A stretch of 64,000 nt of DNA from Epiperipatus broadwayi (taxonomy: Eukaryota > Animalia > Onychophora): positions 17,546,001 through 17,610,000 of the forward strand of contig JAQFVV010000009.1 of NCBI GenBank assembly GCA_028023455.1, read 5' to 3'. The notes under the pieces were generated by a model. The model worked only from the letters and a program-made list of their open reading frames with translations. It had not been told where the DNA came from and ran no database searches. Of this stretch, positions 39,000-51,142 are shown one piece after another (the stretch's first letter is position 1; the number at the start of each line of letters is the position of its first letter). The translations under genes were made by a program, and so were the position numbers.

Positions 39000-40050
39000 T
39001 GGAATAGTATCAAAACTCTTACCTTATACCAATATGTCAAGTCACTACAGAATGAACTGATATAAACTTTATTTGCATAAAAATATCTAAATTAATAAAA
39101 ATTTCCCCATATACTTTGTTGATTTTAAAAATTTGGACTCTTCCAAATATAGGTGTGTTGAAATTTCTAAGTGTAGAAATGAAAGTAAAATAGAATTTTA
39201 CAAATGTACAAAAAAAAATTAATACTTAATAAATCATTTTCTTCAATCATCCAGATTAAAGTCCATGAAATTAGTGATAATGTCTCATGGATACAGTCTA
39301 TTACCCTTCTTTTCATTATAGTCTGGTAAGTCCTTGCTCGATCATTCGAATTCTTCAGTAACATGCTTGGAATGATGTTTCTATTTTTTGCAGCTGTTTT
39401 TCTCCTGGATCCATTCAGACATTTTGTATGGGACATTTTATGTTTCTTTAGGCATTTTATGGATGAGTGAATTAAATCATTACACTTATAGTTGGAAGAA
39501 TAGCATTTGAATCCTATGACAACTTTATTTAGCCAGAATGCATTATTTAGTACTTTATAATAGATTTAATTTTCTTCATTTTGTTATTTGACTTAGTGAA
39601 TTATATAAATGAAACATTTTACTTTGCCATTTATCTATATAAGCTGGCAATGTACTCTTTCCTGTTCTCTTCACTTTAACAAAAGTGCAGTCCTTTATTT
39701 TTAATTGTCAACTCAAAATCAGTTCATTTCTTTCATTAAATTGCTAGAAATTATCAACTTTCCTTATTTCAAATATTGATTACGATTTCTTTTCAACTTT
39801 TTGTGATAAGAGAGTTTTGAACAAATTGTCCATCTTTCCTTGCATTCTATGATTTGATCTTGAGATATTGGTTGTGTGGGCTATCCTAACCTTCAATAAA
39901 TAACAAAAGATGATGGAAATGAACTGGATTTACTTTTATACCATGCCTAATTTCTGTTGTTTATTTATACAAGCTTTTTCCATTTCTTCTTTCACTGCTG
40001 TAATTGTCTATTTTTGCATGTACTAAATAGTTGTAGTTTAAATTATGTAA
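39000..40050 (-). mobile_element. Heavily decayed LINE remnant
   Basis: Weak endonuclease/RT-linker-like fragments (IDCIHE, SNH) on the minus strand; boundaries approximate. Confidence 0.3.
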
Positions 40051-40899
40051 TAAAATTCTATCTCATTTTCTATCACTTGGTTGCCTAGATGTTGACTTGA
40101 CATTAGGCCGTCACTGTGTCTATGTGATGTCTCATACATTGACAAATACCTTATTGTTAGTATATATATGAAAGATCTTATCAAATGGTTTTTTTTTACT
40201 TTACTTTGAAAAATTTTGAAAAATATAAATTATCCCATTGTGACTATTTAATTTAAGATTTAATAAAACAAACTTTTGTCATGTATGTGTATATATGTAT
40301 ATTTGCATTATAAAATAATTGATATGTGTGTATATATGTATATTTGCATTATAAAATAATTGATAGTATACATATCCAACTTTCTATTATCTAGTTTACA
40401 TTTTAAAGCGATTTGATCTGCAACTGTGGATAAATAAGGGTTGTCTAGACAGGATTTTAAGCTACATTTACAACTCCCTTATCCCTAACAATGTTAAAAT
40501 TTTATGCTGTTATCAAAATTTTAACACTTTAGTGAAGGGAGGATTATAATGCCTACCTATTTTATCTCCTAATATTTTCTCAATTATTTTCATGCTTTTT
40601 TACAATTTTTTATTTTATTACTTGCATTATAATAAAGTGAGATTTATATATGGGTCCTTTTTTGTTATTATAATAGTTGTATGATTTGAAGTCTACCAAT
40701 GATGTGTCCTATTACAGATGGCACATAATTATATTCATTAGCCTTTTACCCTGCTCATTTTTTGAGACTTACTGAATTTCTCTAAGAACTAAATGAAATA
40801 TTGGAGTGTCCATCATTCTATATGGATCAACTTCTATGTCTTGGCTGGCTCTAAAGTGTCCCAGTAATTGCTTCACACTTACCTGGTTATGCTGTCATC

Positions 40900-43800
40900 A
40901 TAGATTACTGACTCTATCTATACATATATTTTTTGATGTTATCTCTCTTTTTCTTCTCTTCTTAACTACAGCTCATGCTTATCCATAAACTTGTGTGTAA
41001 ATCAAGGGTGTTAGTTATGTGATTCCTCTGTTTGACCAAGATATAGCTTTAAAATGCAGGTATTGTTTTTTTTTAACTTCCCCTTCCACTTCTATCCAAA
41101 ACCCATTTGTGCCTGATTGCTTCACATTAGTGAATGGCCCTTCATATTGATGATAAAATTTTTGATATCTACTTTCCATTGGTTTACTCATATGATGTGT
41201 GTTGATAAATACTTTATTGCCTATCTTGAAGTTGTATGTATTCTTTTTCTTGTTTTTTGGTTCTTTGTTCGGCCTTATCCAATAATTGCTGATATACCTT
41301 CTGTATGTTTCTATGTCATTTTGTGAATATTTAATTGAGAGTTGGTATTTGGTAAATAATATAGGAACATAGTTGAATGGGCATGAAAACAGTTGATTCA
41401 TTTATGCTCCAACTGATGCAGTTGACGACATGTTCCATTTACTTTACCCACCCTTATACTCATTCTCTAGATAAGTCCTGAACAAATATTGAGAGTTGGT
41501 ATTGGGTAAATAATATAGGAATAGATTAGCTGAAATGTAGTCTAATGGGCCTGAATCCAGTTGATTCATTTATGCTCCAATTGATGTAGTTGACTACATG
41601 TTCCATTTGTTTTACCCTCCTTTATGCTTTACTTCTACATAAGTCCTGAACAAATGTCTGAGCTTCTATATTACACATTCACGAGGGTTTGACTGATTCC
41701 TAATGGACATGAGCATGTGTCTTAATTAAGGTCCCCCCCCTATTTTTTCATTCTTTAGATAGGAAAGGCATACCATGGTCTGTTCCTAATGGACATAAGC
41801 ATATGTCTTAATTGAGGTTGTTCCACATATTTTTCCATTCCTTGGATAGGAAAAGCATACCATGATCTGTTAAAATGGTTTTGGCCTTCCCTTTCTACTC
41901 AAGTGGAGGGTGTCTAATACCTTGATTGTATGTCTGGTATTAGCTTGGAGTATTGGTTAAGCAGAAACATACTTCAAAAAAATCATAAGCAACCAGTAGG
42001 TATTTCTGTTTGTTAAATGGAGGCAATGTCCCATAATAATTGATCATCAAGTATCTCATTTGATTTTTAAGGTATGATAGAATCTAAAGTATTACTATAA
42101 CTTTGGTTTACTGGCTTGGCTTATAGGCACACTAGACAATCTTGGATTGATTTTTCAAGATGTCTGTATACATTCTTCGCCAAGAGAATCAGTTTTTCAA
42201 TGCACTGTTTTATGGGCACCATAGTGTCCACATAAATAGTAGATATACTTTATGAGTGAGGCAAACAATGTTTTTTAATTATTACTACCTTTCACTCATC
42301 TGCATATATGTTTATAAATTAAGACATGATTTTGTAGCTTAGAGTAAGTAAGATCATTTGGCACAGTATTGCATGTTGTAATTGAATTCCTGTAACAGCT
42401 ACTCCATCTGACTAGATAATTGTTGGTCAGATAGCTGTCGTTCAGAATTCATGATTTTTGTGGTCTATGATCACTATTCACTCTGATCTGAGTAACATCT
42501 ATGGAAACTTTTGGAAAGCCCATACTATTGCTAGTGCTTCCTTCTTGATAACCATGTAATTTATTTCTGGACCCTTCACGAGACAGCTGATAAAGTAGAG
42601 AACTCCAGATTGGCCACACTCTTGGATTTGGGATAATGTTACCCAATCCATATCTACTACTGTCTGTTTAGACAATGAATGGTTTATTAAAATCAAGGAA
42701 ATCTAACATGGTTTTCTCTAAAAACCCTGTTTTAATACTTGTGAGTGCCTTGTCTTGTTCCTCAGTCCAGTTCCATCACTCATCTTTTTTAATTAGTTTT
42801 AACAACTGTTCGATGTGGTCTGAGAACTTCTGATAGAAGTGATTGTAAAAATTGGATAGGCCTAAAAATGATCTAATTTGCTTTCTGTTGGTTTGTTTAA
42901 AAAAGTTTTAAAATGGCACTGATCTTCTCTGGATGGAGTCTAATCCCATTGCAACCAATGATATGACCTAGTGAGATTACTTGATTGAAACTAGTGTACT
43001 CTTCTTGAAGTTGATTTTGATCCCCTTTTTGTAGCACTCTTCCAAAAGATATAGCCAAATGTTGAAGATGTTCTTCAATTGTGGCAGATGCAATTATTAC
43101 ATCAGCCATGTAAATAGTTGCAATCAGTTTAACTTCAGGAGATAGGGTCTTGTCTAAACATCTTAACCAACCAGCATCACTATGAATCAATCCAAAAGGC
43201 ATTCTATTAAATTGATATGTAAAATCCTCATCTTGAAAGACATTGAATTGGCAACCTTCGGGATAGAGTTCAATCTGCCAATGTAAAACCCTCATTTCAG
43301 AAAACACTGAATTGGCAATCTTCTGGATAGAGTTCAATCTGCCAATAATTGAATGTTAGATCAAAAATGAAAACCTTGTTTCTGAATTTCATGAATAATT
43401 CCTGATGGGCAGTGGACTGTTTCTGTCAGGGGGACTAATTTTGTTTAGTTGTCTCACATCCAAACAAAATCTCATCAATCCATATTTTTTTTCACAATTA
43501 TAAATGGGTTACATAAGGTGAAGAGCATTTGGAAATGATCCCCCAATCCAGCATTTTGTTAATGTTTGGATATTTCTTCATGATAATGGTATGGAGACTA
43601 ATTTTGTTTAGTCGTCTTACATCCAAACAAAATCTCATCAACCCATTTTTCTTTTTCACAATTATAAATGGGTTACAGTAGGTGAAGAGCATTTGGAAAT
43701 GATCCCCCAATCCAGCATTTTGTTAACATTTGAATATTTCTTCATGATAATGGTATAGAATAGGTATGATTTGGATTGAAATGGTTATTCATATACTAAC

Positions 43801-46400
43801 CCTTAATTCTTTGTTGGAATCCCTCTATCACTTCTGGTATCTCTGAAAATATAGGGCTAAGTACAATCATCTTTATGTAGATCATATCTCAGGAGCATCA
43901 TTTATTCTAACCATCTTATCAGAGAAATCAATAATGCAAGTGTTCAAATGTAGGAAGTCTGCTCGTATGATGACCTCATGGATTAAGCTATTCATTATAA
44001 GAAATACAGGATAGAGAATTGTTTGGCCTATTTTTATTTCAACCCAGATTTACTTCTATGCTAGCTTTGCCTTCCTACTGTTAGCCATGGTAAGCTGAAT
44101 AGATTTCAGTGGTAGGGTTTTGATGTTAGAATTTTTAGTCAGAATCTTATTAAAATTTGTCTGACATGACTAAAAATTGGCTATCAGAATCTAACAGTGC
44201 TTTAACCAGCAAGCCTGCAAACAAAACCACTATCATTGGGGTAACTTTGCATAGTGAAGTTGGGTACTTTATCCTCCCATGAACACAAGATTAGTGATTT
44301 CTCAGTCTGGGGTTAATTCATGTTCCTCTTTGTTATTTTGGTGTCTTGAGGTGATGAACATTTGGTGTCTTGAGGTGATGAACATAGCCTCAAGTACCTT
44401 TCTAGTTTGGTTTCTGTTGGACTTTGGGTGTATAATTACTGCACCCTGGTTTTGAGGGTTTTCCTATGCTATCAGGGGGGCTTATCCCTGTTTTGTCAAT
44501 ATTAATCTAGTTTCTCTTAAGTGATTATATATGGGGAGTTCCTTTGCAGTGATTTTACCTTTCAATGGGTGGTATCATTGTTATTTTTCTTTTTCTTATA
44601 GACATTGGTGTTGACAGTGGCCTCTTCTTTTCTTTTCTCAGGTGTTCTAGTTGATAGATTGGTGTTATTCATATATAGGTTATTCACATGATCATCATCT
44701 CTTATACTAGCACAAGCCAGAAACTCGTCTGGGGATATTGGATGAGTGGCACTAGATAGGAAATTTTATGCATAAGCCTTCAGCATCCATTGATTACTCA
44801 GATTGGCACAGGGTGGCACTACTGTATGGAGAGTTTTACCTTGTTTAATATAAGTTATTCAACAATTTAGCCACCTGCTCAATCTTATTAGTGCTCATAC
44901 ATAATAGTGATTGGTGCTCATACATAATAGTGATTGTTCTATTTTGAGTGAGAAATTTCTTTTTACAATTCTAATAATCTCGCTCTTATTCAGGTGGTAC
45001 ATGTTGTGTCCTTAACTTCATGACTTGGTGGTGAAAGAATTTTGTCAGTGTTTCCTGGTATTGACCTGTACTTTTCTTGGAAGTACTGGTAAAGTAGGGC
45101 CTCTTGCCTGTACCTATTCCAAAAGTTCTTGAGCAATAATGTTTGATAGTCATCAAAAGTGGATGGGGCCTGAAATAATGATTCCAACTACATCAATGCA
45201 TCTTCTTGAAAGTAGCCATACATAATGATGATTTTCTCACCTTCTTACAAATTTCAGTTCACACATAAATAAAGGTTGAGACTTCTAAGATGCTCTATGG
45301 GGGGTGCATTGGTGGCTCACTTAAGCTTATAAACTGATTGATTGAACTGATCTGTGCTGTAGGGCCATGCATCTTGATGATCTCTGGGGTGCTTACTTGT
45401 GGAGTCAATATATGGCTATCAGAGTTAGCCTGATGTAGAAGAGTAGATTCCTCTCAAGGGTCTTTGAGTGCAATCTCCAGGTGATTTACCCTACCATTCC
45501 ACTCTTCCCTATTATTCTGGGTCCTTGAATTGATATCCATTTGTCACCTTCCAGTGGTTGGTGTCTTTTTGTATAGCTGGGACTCGATCATTGAAAATCT
45601 TTGATTGATGGTTTCATCTATCCTGTCAATCTGTCCCCACATTTTGGTTGCATTTTCTATCAACTTCTCCAGTGTGTTTTTGACTATGATCATGTCAATT
45701 TCCCTGAGGCTATCTTGTCCTTGAATCACAAGATGATAATCTATGGTCTCCAGTGCTTTATCACATGACTCTACCCTGATTCTCTGTTGTGTTGAGAGTT
45801 GGTCCATTCTAGAGTGTACATCTTAAAATTTCCCTTTGGACCTTGGCTCGCAGTTTCTCATGGTCTGTTCGCATCTCATTTCTAAAGGTCTCCTAATCTG
45901 GTACACTTCATCACATTGGATATTCAATGGCCTAATCTTACTAGATCTGAATTTTTTAAGTCATTTCTGGCACTTTACATTTTTCTCATCTCATTTCTCA
46001 GCTCACTCAGTATTTGTTACATTTTGGAATTATCCCTTTGCACATTACTCATGTTTATCGACAATTGCTCCATATCAGTGGACAGCCTAGTTTCTATGTC
46101 TTTTACTTCTAAATTTTAGACCTACCCTAACATTATTTATGTTCACCTTTAAATTCTCCTCCATATTTATCATCCTATTATCCATTTCTTTCATTTTGTC
46201 CATGTTTTGGTTCAACCCCCACCCCTCCATAGTGTTCATTCCTTCCTTCATGCTGTTTATATTATGATTCATTTCCATCATTATCTGAACATTTGTGCCA
46301 TGGTCATTTTGCCTTCCATAGTCTGTACTATTCAAGTTTCAGGTGCTCTAGGTATTGGACAGTTTGCCACTTGTATCTGTGGAGAATGACCAACCTTATT
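40900..46400 (-). mobile_element. Decayed Ty3/gypsy internal region related to the 8.5-16.3 kb element; LTRs not identified
   Basis: gag-like fragments 44990-46335, VKALLDSDSQ protease near 44190, YCNPFIIVKKKNGLMRFCLD, YQFNRMPFGL, YMADVI, KKEALAIVWAFQK, integrase C-terminal YEGPF. Confidence 0.85.
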
Positions 46401-47061
46401 CATAGATTTTCCAGATGTTTGGATCTGTAAAGACCCTTCCCCAATACTAGTAGTATCATCTCCTTCATTATCACTAGTATTCTGCAATTTTTTAGAACAT
46501 TTTATATTGATACTTAATAACTGCTTCCCACTTCAGAGTATTAGGTGTAAAGTTATTTTTTGCTTATAAATACAAATAATCATACATCCATAGGACCTTC
46601 TGCTAATCTTGCCATTCAGCAATTATATTTAATTTTTCCCTGTGCCATTCAGCATTTCTATTTAATTTCTTCCTGTATTCAGTATTTTTGTTTGTGTATG
46701 TGTTGTTTTTTAATGCCTATTTTTTATTTTTAGCCTGTTCCTTTTTATTTGCCTGACTCTTCTATTTTATTTTATTTATCTTATTAGTTAGCTGTTTATT
46801 TACAGTCTCAGTTTATCAATTCATACTTCATCAGTTGACTTGTATTTAATGTTTCATTTGAGATTTAACTTTTTATGGTCGGGTGTGTCAATCGGTTGTT
46901 ACTCAAGTAAATTCATCAGGATTGTATAGTGTGGATAGTTTGTGAGAAGAGTAAATTCCCCCCAAAAAAATTATATTTTTTGATTCACCAGTTCTTTGAC
47001 TGGACCTCTCTAGAAACTTGTTTTATGCCAGTAAAGTCATGGGTGCCAGAATGTAGTGGTC

Positions 47062-47404
47062 TGCTGGAAGAGGGGAATGCAGCTCACTATGGTCAGACCT
47101 AGGGTCTTCTTGTAGAATACTGTGAATGATGCAATGAAGTACCTAACCAATGATCATATCTACCTCCAATAAGCTAGCTCTAAGTTTACACATTATGTTC
47201 AGATACAATTTAGGCTAGTTCATCATACCTCACCCCTCTTATGAGTTTTATTATGCCTCAGTATTCAAACTGAAAAAAAATGTTGCCTTCAGCTCTCTTC
47301 AGTGGTGAACTTGTTTTGTATAGCAATTATCTTACCTCTATGCAGGTTCTCATTGACTTAAGATGCATTTAATCCAAATATTACTGTATCATTATATATA
47401 TGGA
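47062..47404. repeat. ~350-bp interspersed repeat, copy 2
   Basis: Matches 36655-37010 (e.g. CAATGAAGTACCTAACC, TACAATTTAGGCTAGTTCATC, ATGCCTCAGTATTCAAACT). Confidence 0.85.
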
Positions 47405-48548
47405 CAGGTGTATGCATGTATGCATATATATAGTCAAATAAATTGATGAATCAAGGAGCATACCGAGATAGTGTACTGACATCTTTATCTGCAGACCCTT
47501 GATTTAATAAGTCTGCCTAATACTAAATAAGCTGTAAATGTGTCAGCATCACTATGATAGATTCTGTCAATGACCCCTCTATACTGTCTCTGATCTAAAA
47601 ATGCAAGAGCTGGACACACTAAATCAATCAATGTGCAACAAAAATATATTTGTAGAAAGTTGTCAAAATTTTTCATTTGTTTGCATGTTTACTTATAAAA
47701 TAGTTTATATATAATGAAATATTATAGAACATAATTGAAAGATAATAACAAAACTCAATAATAATAATTAGTCCTTTATTTTTCAAGACATTCTTTATGA
47801 TTTATTCAAATTTTATCAATTTTGACTAGGTTTATCTGCTTTTTTGCCAAGATATGATGCTTAATTTTTATTAAATTATCCAAATGTTCATTATCTAGTC
47901 TGTTATGGGATTTTCATTTTATTGCATCCATTAAATTAAATCACATTTACAATCAGTGCTGGGAGTTTGAAAAATAGCACAAATATCAAAAGTATTGAAA
48001 GTTTTATATATTTTTGATTTTTTAAGACATACGTAACTAAATAATTAAATAATTTGATTACTAAAAATTTCAATTTACCATATTGTTTTAAAATTGTATC
48101 TAATATGTTTTTTATCATTATTATTTATTATAGATTCATATTTTACAAATAAACATTTTAGACTATCTTTTAAATTATTTTTCATTACAGAAGGATTTAG
48201 TCATTTAAACCTAAAGCAGTGATATAAATTTAAATAGTGACAAAGTATCTATATAATCAGTGAAATCTAAAACTGATTGAACATCTGCACTCTTGCAGAT
48301 GTTATCTAGATATTGTGTTCTTAGTTTATTAATTTTTGTCTTTGCAAATTGTTGTGCCTTCATTGAGAATAAATTATCCTTTGCAAAGTTTTGTTTAATA
48401 ATAATTCCATTAATACATTTTAAAGTATAATACATGCTACCCAATTTTATGAATTTTTTTGAGATTTTTTAAAACAATATTTATTTATTGGGTCATTGAA
48501 TTCTACAACTTGTTCTATGCAGTAACTTTAAAAAATGTCATACTGGTA

Positions 48549-49702
48549 CTAGTCTTATAGCTAAAGACGCCACTCTATGGCACGGTTTTCACGCTAGAAC
48601 ACATAAAAATGCTGTTTCCGCGACCAACACGTTCAAACCTGCGTTTTCTATAATACAACTTTTTTGTTGTGCTACAGATTGCAGGCCACTATGTCGCATC
48701 GCAGTACAACATGTATGTCGCATTGCAGCAAATACATTTTCCGAATTCGCACAGTTTATAAAATGTTTACAGCTTGGTGAGAGGGTGTGTTTTTTTGAAT
48801 TGGATGGAGATGTTGTTTTCATTGGATTTTTTATTTATTTTAATGTATTGAAATGTTCAGATTTTGTAAAGTAATCAATATCAGACTTTTTACACTGTAC
48901 TGTATTGACATTTTAATTGGGAAAATGTTGACAAGATATATGTGTAAAGTGAGTTGGAATTAGGTAACATGTCAAGCAACGTACTGTTCGTAACATTCCA
49001 TGAGACAAACAAGATTCTACCGTGTGTACATTTTTGAATTAAAAAACAGTGGTAACACAAAAATATCCAGTAAGAAAAGTACAATCTTGCATGATTTTTT
49101 TTATAAATTTCATAAAAAACATATATTATAGACATGATTAATAAGTAAAGTTGTTGTTATAAAAAAGTTTTATTTTCTTTCTTTTCTCCGACTATGGTTA
49201 TACTTTGTTGCATATAGTTTACGTTTATTGTTATCATTTATTTTATAGATATTACTAAAAAAAAGTATTTACAAAAATACGATTTTGATATTTTTTATTT
49301 TAGCATTACAAACAACAGAACACTAAACCTAAAACTAACCCTAAACCTAACCCTAAAACTAACGCTAAACCTAACCCTAAAACTAACCCTAAACCTAACT
49401 GTAACAACTTTTATTTTTTGTTGTCATTCTATATGAAGTAAAAATAGCGGTAAAGCCGTAATCCCACTAAAAAAATCTCCGATAGAAAATAGATTTTTCT
49501 AATAAAGCAAAATAAAAAACACGAATCAAATTGTAATTTGTTTATTTTATTTTACATTTATTATTATCATTTAATTTGTATACGTTAATAAAAAATAATA
49601 TTTAAAATTAAATAATATTTAAAAAAGACGATTTTCTTTTGTTTTTATTTTTGTATTATAAAAAACACATCAAAATGATTATAATTAACGGCCTGGGAAT
49701 GA
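48549..49702 (-). mobile_element. Non-autonomous Helitron-like element
   Basis: Minus strand A|TC start at 49702, CTAG|T end at 48549, hairpin GCCA-TAGAG-TGGC about 16 nt before CTAG, no TSD needed; removal restores host transposase spacing; CpG retained. Confidence 0.65.
49322..49399. repeat. Telomere-like hexamer array with 24-bp higher-order unit
   Basis: (CCTAAA ACTAAC CCTAAA CCTAAC) about x3; minus strand mixes TTAGGG, TTTAGG and TTAGTT. Confidence 0.9.
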
Positions 49703-50174
49703 TCATATTTTAATCATTTTAGCGTGAAAACGGCATCATCGAACAGCATCTTTATCTATAAGACAAGCACCTTCATACTTTCTAAATGTTGACCAATTCT
49801 TTAAGTTTTTTTAAATTCTTATAGCTGATCTACTGAACATTGTATATATAGTTTTTAAAAGAGTTTTATTATTCTTAATAAATGGAACCTGATTACATGC
49901 ACCGTCTGTATCGGAGATCTTTCTTGTGAGCCACACAATGCTGTTGAACTAAATCTGAAATATCATAGTCAAGCAGCCAAACTATTTGTTTTTCTTCTAA
50001 TCTTACAGAAATAAACAGAACTATTTTTTAATACATTGTACAGGCTTAAAACTGCATTTATATATGTAATATATGCAGGGTTTGAACTCAGACTTTCACA
50101 TGACCCACCACTCTCAGTACCATCTCATATTGCTGACCCACCTGATCACACACATGTTGAAAAGATAAATAATC

Positions 50175-50218
50175 AGCAATATACGTATTTCATGCTAAAC
50201 CAGCAATCATCAGTTGGT
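50175..50218 (-). ncRNA. Minimal type I HHR with palindromic stem III (family C)
   Basis: ACCAA-CTGATGA-T-TGCT-GGTTT-AGCA-T-GAAA-TACGTA-TA-TTGCT; stem III ATACGTAT is a perfect palindrome; one mismatch in stem I. Confidence 0.8.
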
Positions 50219-50400
50219 CTAGATTACTATCCTCACACATATATATAATCAGTACTCAGCTTTATATTAAGATAGCCAATCTTTATATGAAATGGAAGGC
50301 TAAAGAGTTGTGAGTGAAGACTCCATTAAAGTATAAAGATTGGCTAAGTTAATATAAAGCTGAGTACTGATTATATATATGTGTGAGGATAGTAATCTAG

Positions 50401-50444
50401 ACCTGCTGATGATTGCTGTTTTAGCATGAAATACGTTTATTGGT
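50401..50444 (+). ncRNA. Minimal type I HHR, mutated copy (family C)
   Basis: ACCTG-CTGATGA-TTGCTGTTTTAGCAT-GAAA-TACGTT-TA-TTGGT. Confidence 0.65.
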
Positions 50445-51142
50445 GATTATTTATCTTTTCAACATGTGTGTGATCAGGTGGGTCAGCAATATGAGATGGG
50501 ACTGAGAGTGGTGGGTCATGTGAAAGTCTGAGTTAGAACTATTTTTTGTAAATCAAGATTATTCTCTCTATAAAACTTTTATCTCTATTATAATAAAATG
50601 ACTATCACATGCAATAAGCTTAATAATGCTGATAAATTTTATCTGATAGTTGGATTCAAATTTTGATCTAATTATATATATATTTCTACTGAAATAACTA
50701 TACTTTCATTAACTAAAAAAGTGAAGATATTTGACCTTCATCAATGATCTTATTATGTATGATTAAATTTACATATTCTATAAATTAAAAAAAATAATTC
50801 TTGCTATACCATGATTTGGAAATATTAACATTTTTTCTTATGTTATCATGTATAGATTGCACAGAAAGTATTCACAAATTTATAGTAATTGCTAGGATAA
50901 CATTGTTTGTTAGAATTTTAATCATATTTTTGTCCTTTTTTTATATTCAGCATTTCTAATTTCAGATTACCCTCTTCTGGATTTTTAGTTAAAATGCCCC
51001 AAATTCCTCCATATGTTATTATTACAGATAGTAATAATTGAATCAGTATGAACATTTTGATTTAAAATTAAATGTCATTTTAAATAGTCTACTTTCTATT
51101 CATCTTATTTTTTTATTGGTAGTAAATTCATCTTTTGTATTT

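Larger units (their letters stand above)
50030..50534 (-). mobile_element. 505-bp non-coding PLE-type fold-back insert with two HHRs (family C)
   Basis: Inverted arms about 50085-50290 / 50330-50534, 55-bp tail, perfect 13-bp TSD AGAACTATTTTTT (50017-50029, 50535-50547). Confidence 0.88.
48190..50740 (-). pseudogene. ZNF862-like hAT-family transposase relic, interrupted twice
   Basis: FLVNES..ISV (DESTD-like), NNLDLQKIVLF, QHCVAHK, IYTMFSRS, VR*.R (RW motif), NDPINKY, KINKLRTQYL in colinear order once inserts 50030-50534 and 48549-49702 are removed. Confidence 0.65.

Noticed and set aside
47485-47676. Host coding exon (DQRQYRGVIDRIYHSDAD...)
   Set aside because: Has a plausible acceptor but no recognisable homology or partner exon; adjacent to a transposase relic; left unassigned.
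49322-49399. Relic of a chromosome end fusion
   Set aside because: Short, single orientation, mixed hexamers, and internal to a Helitron-like element.
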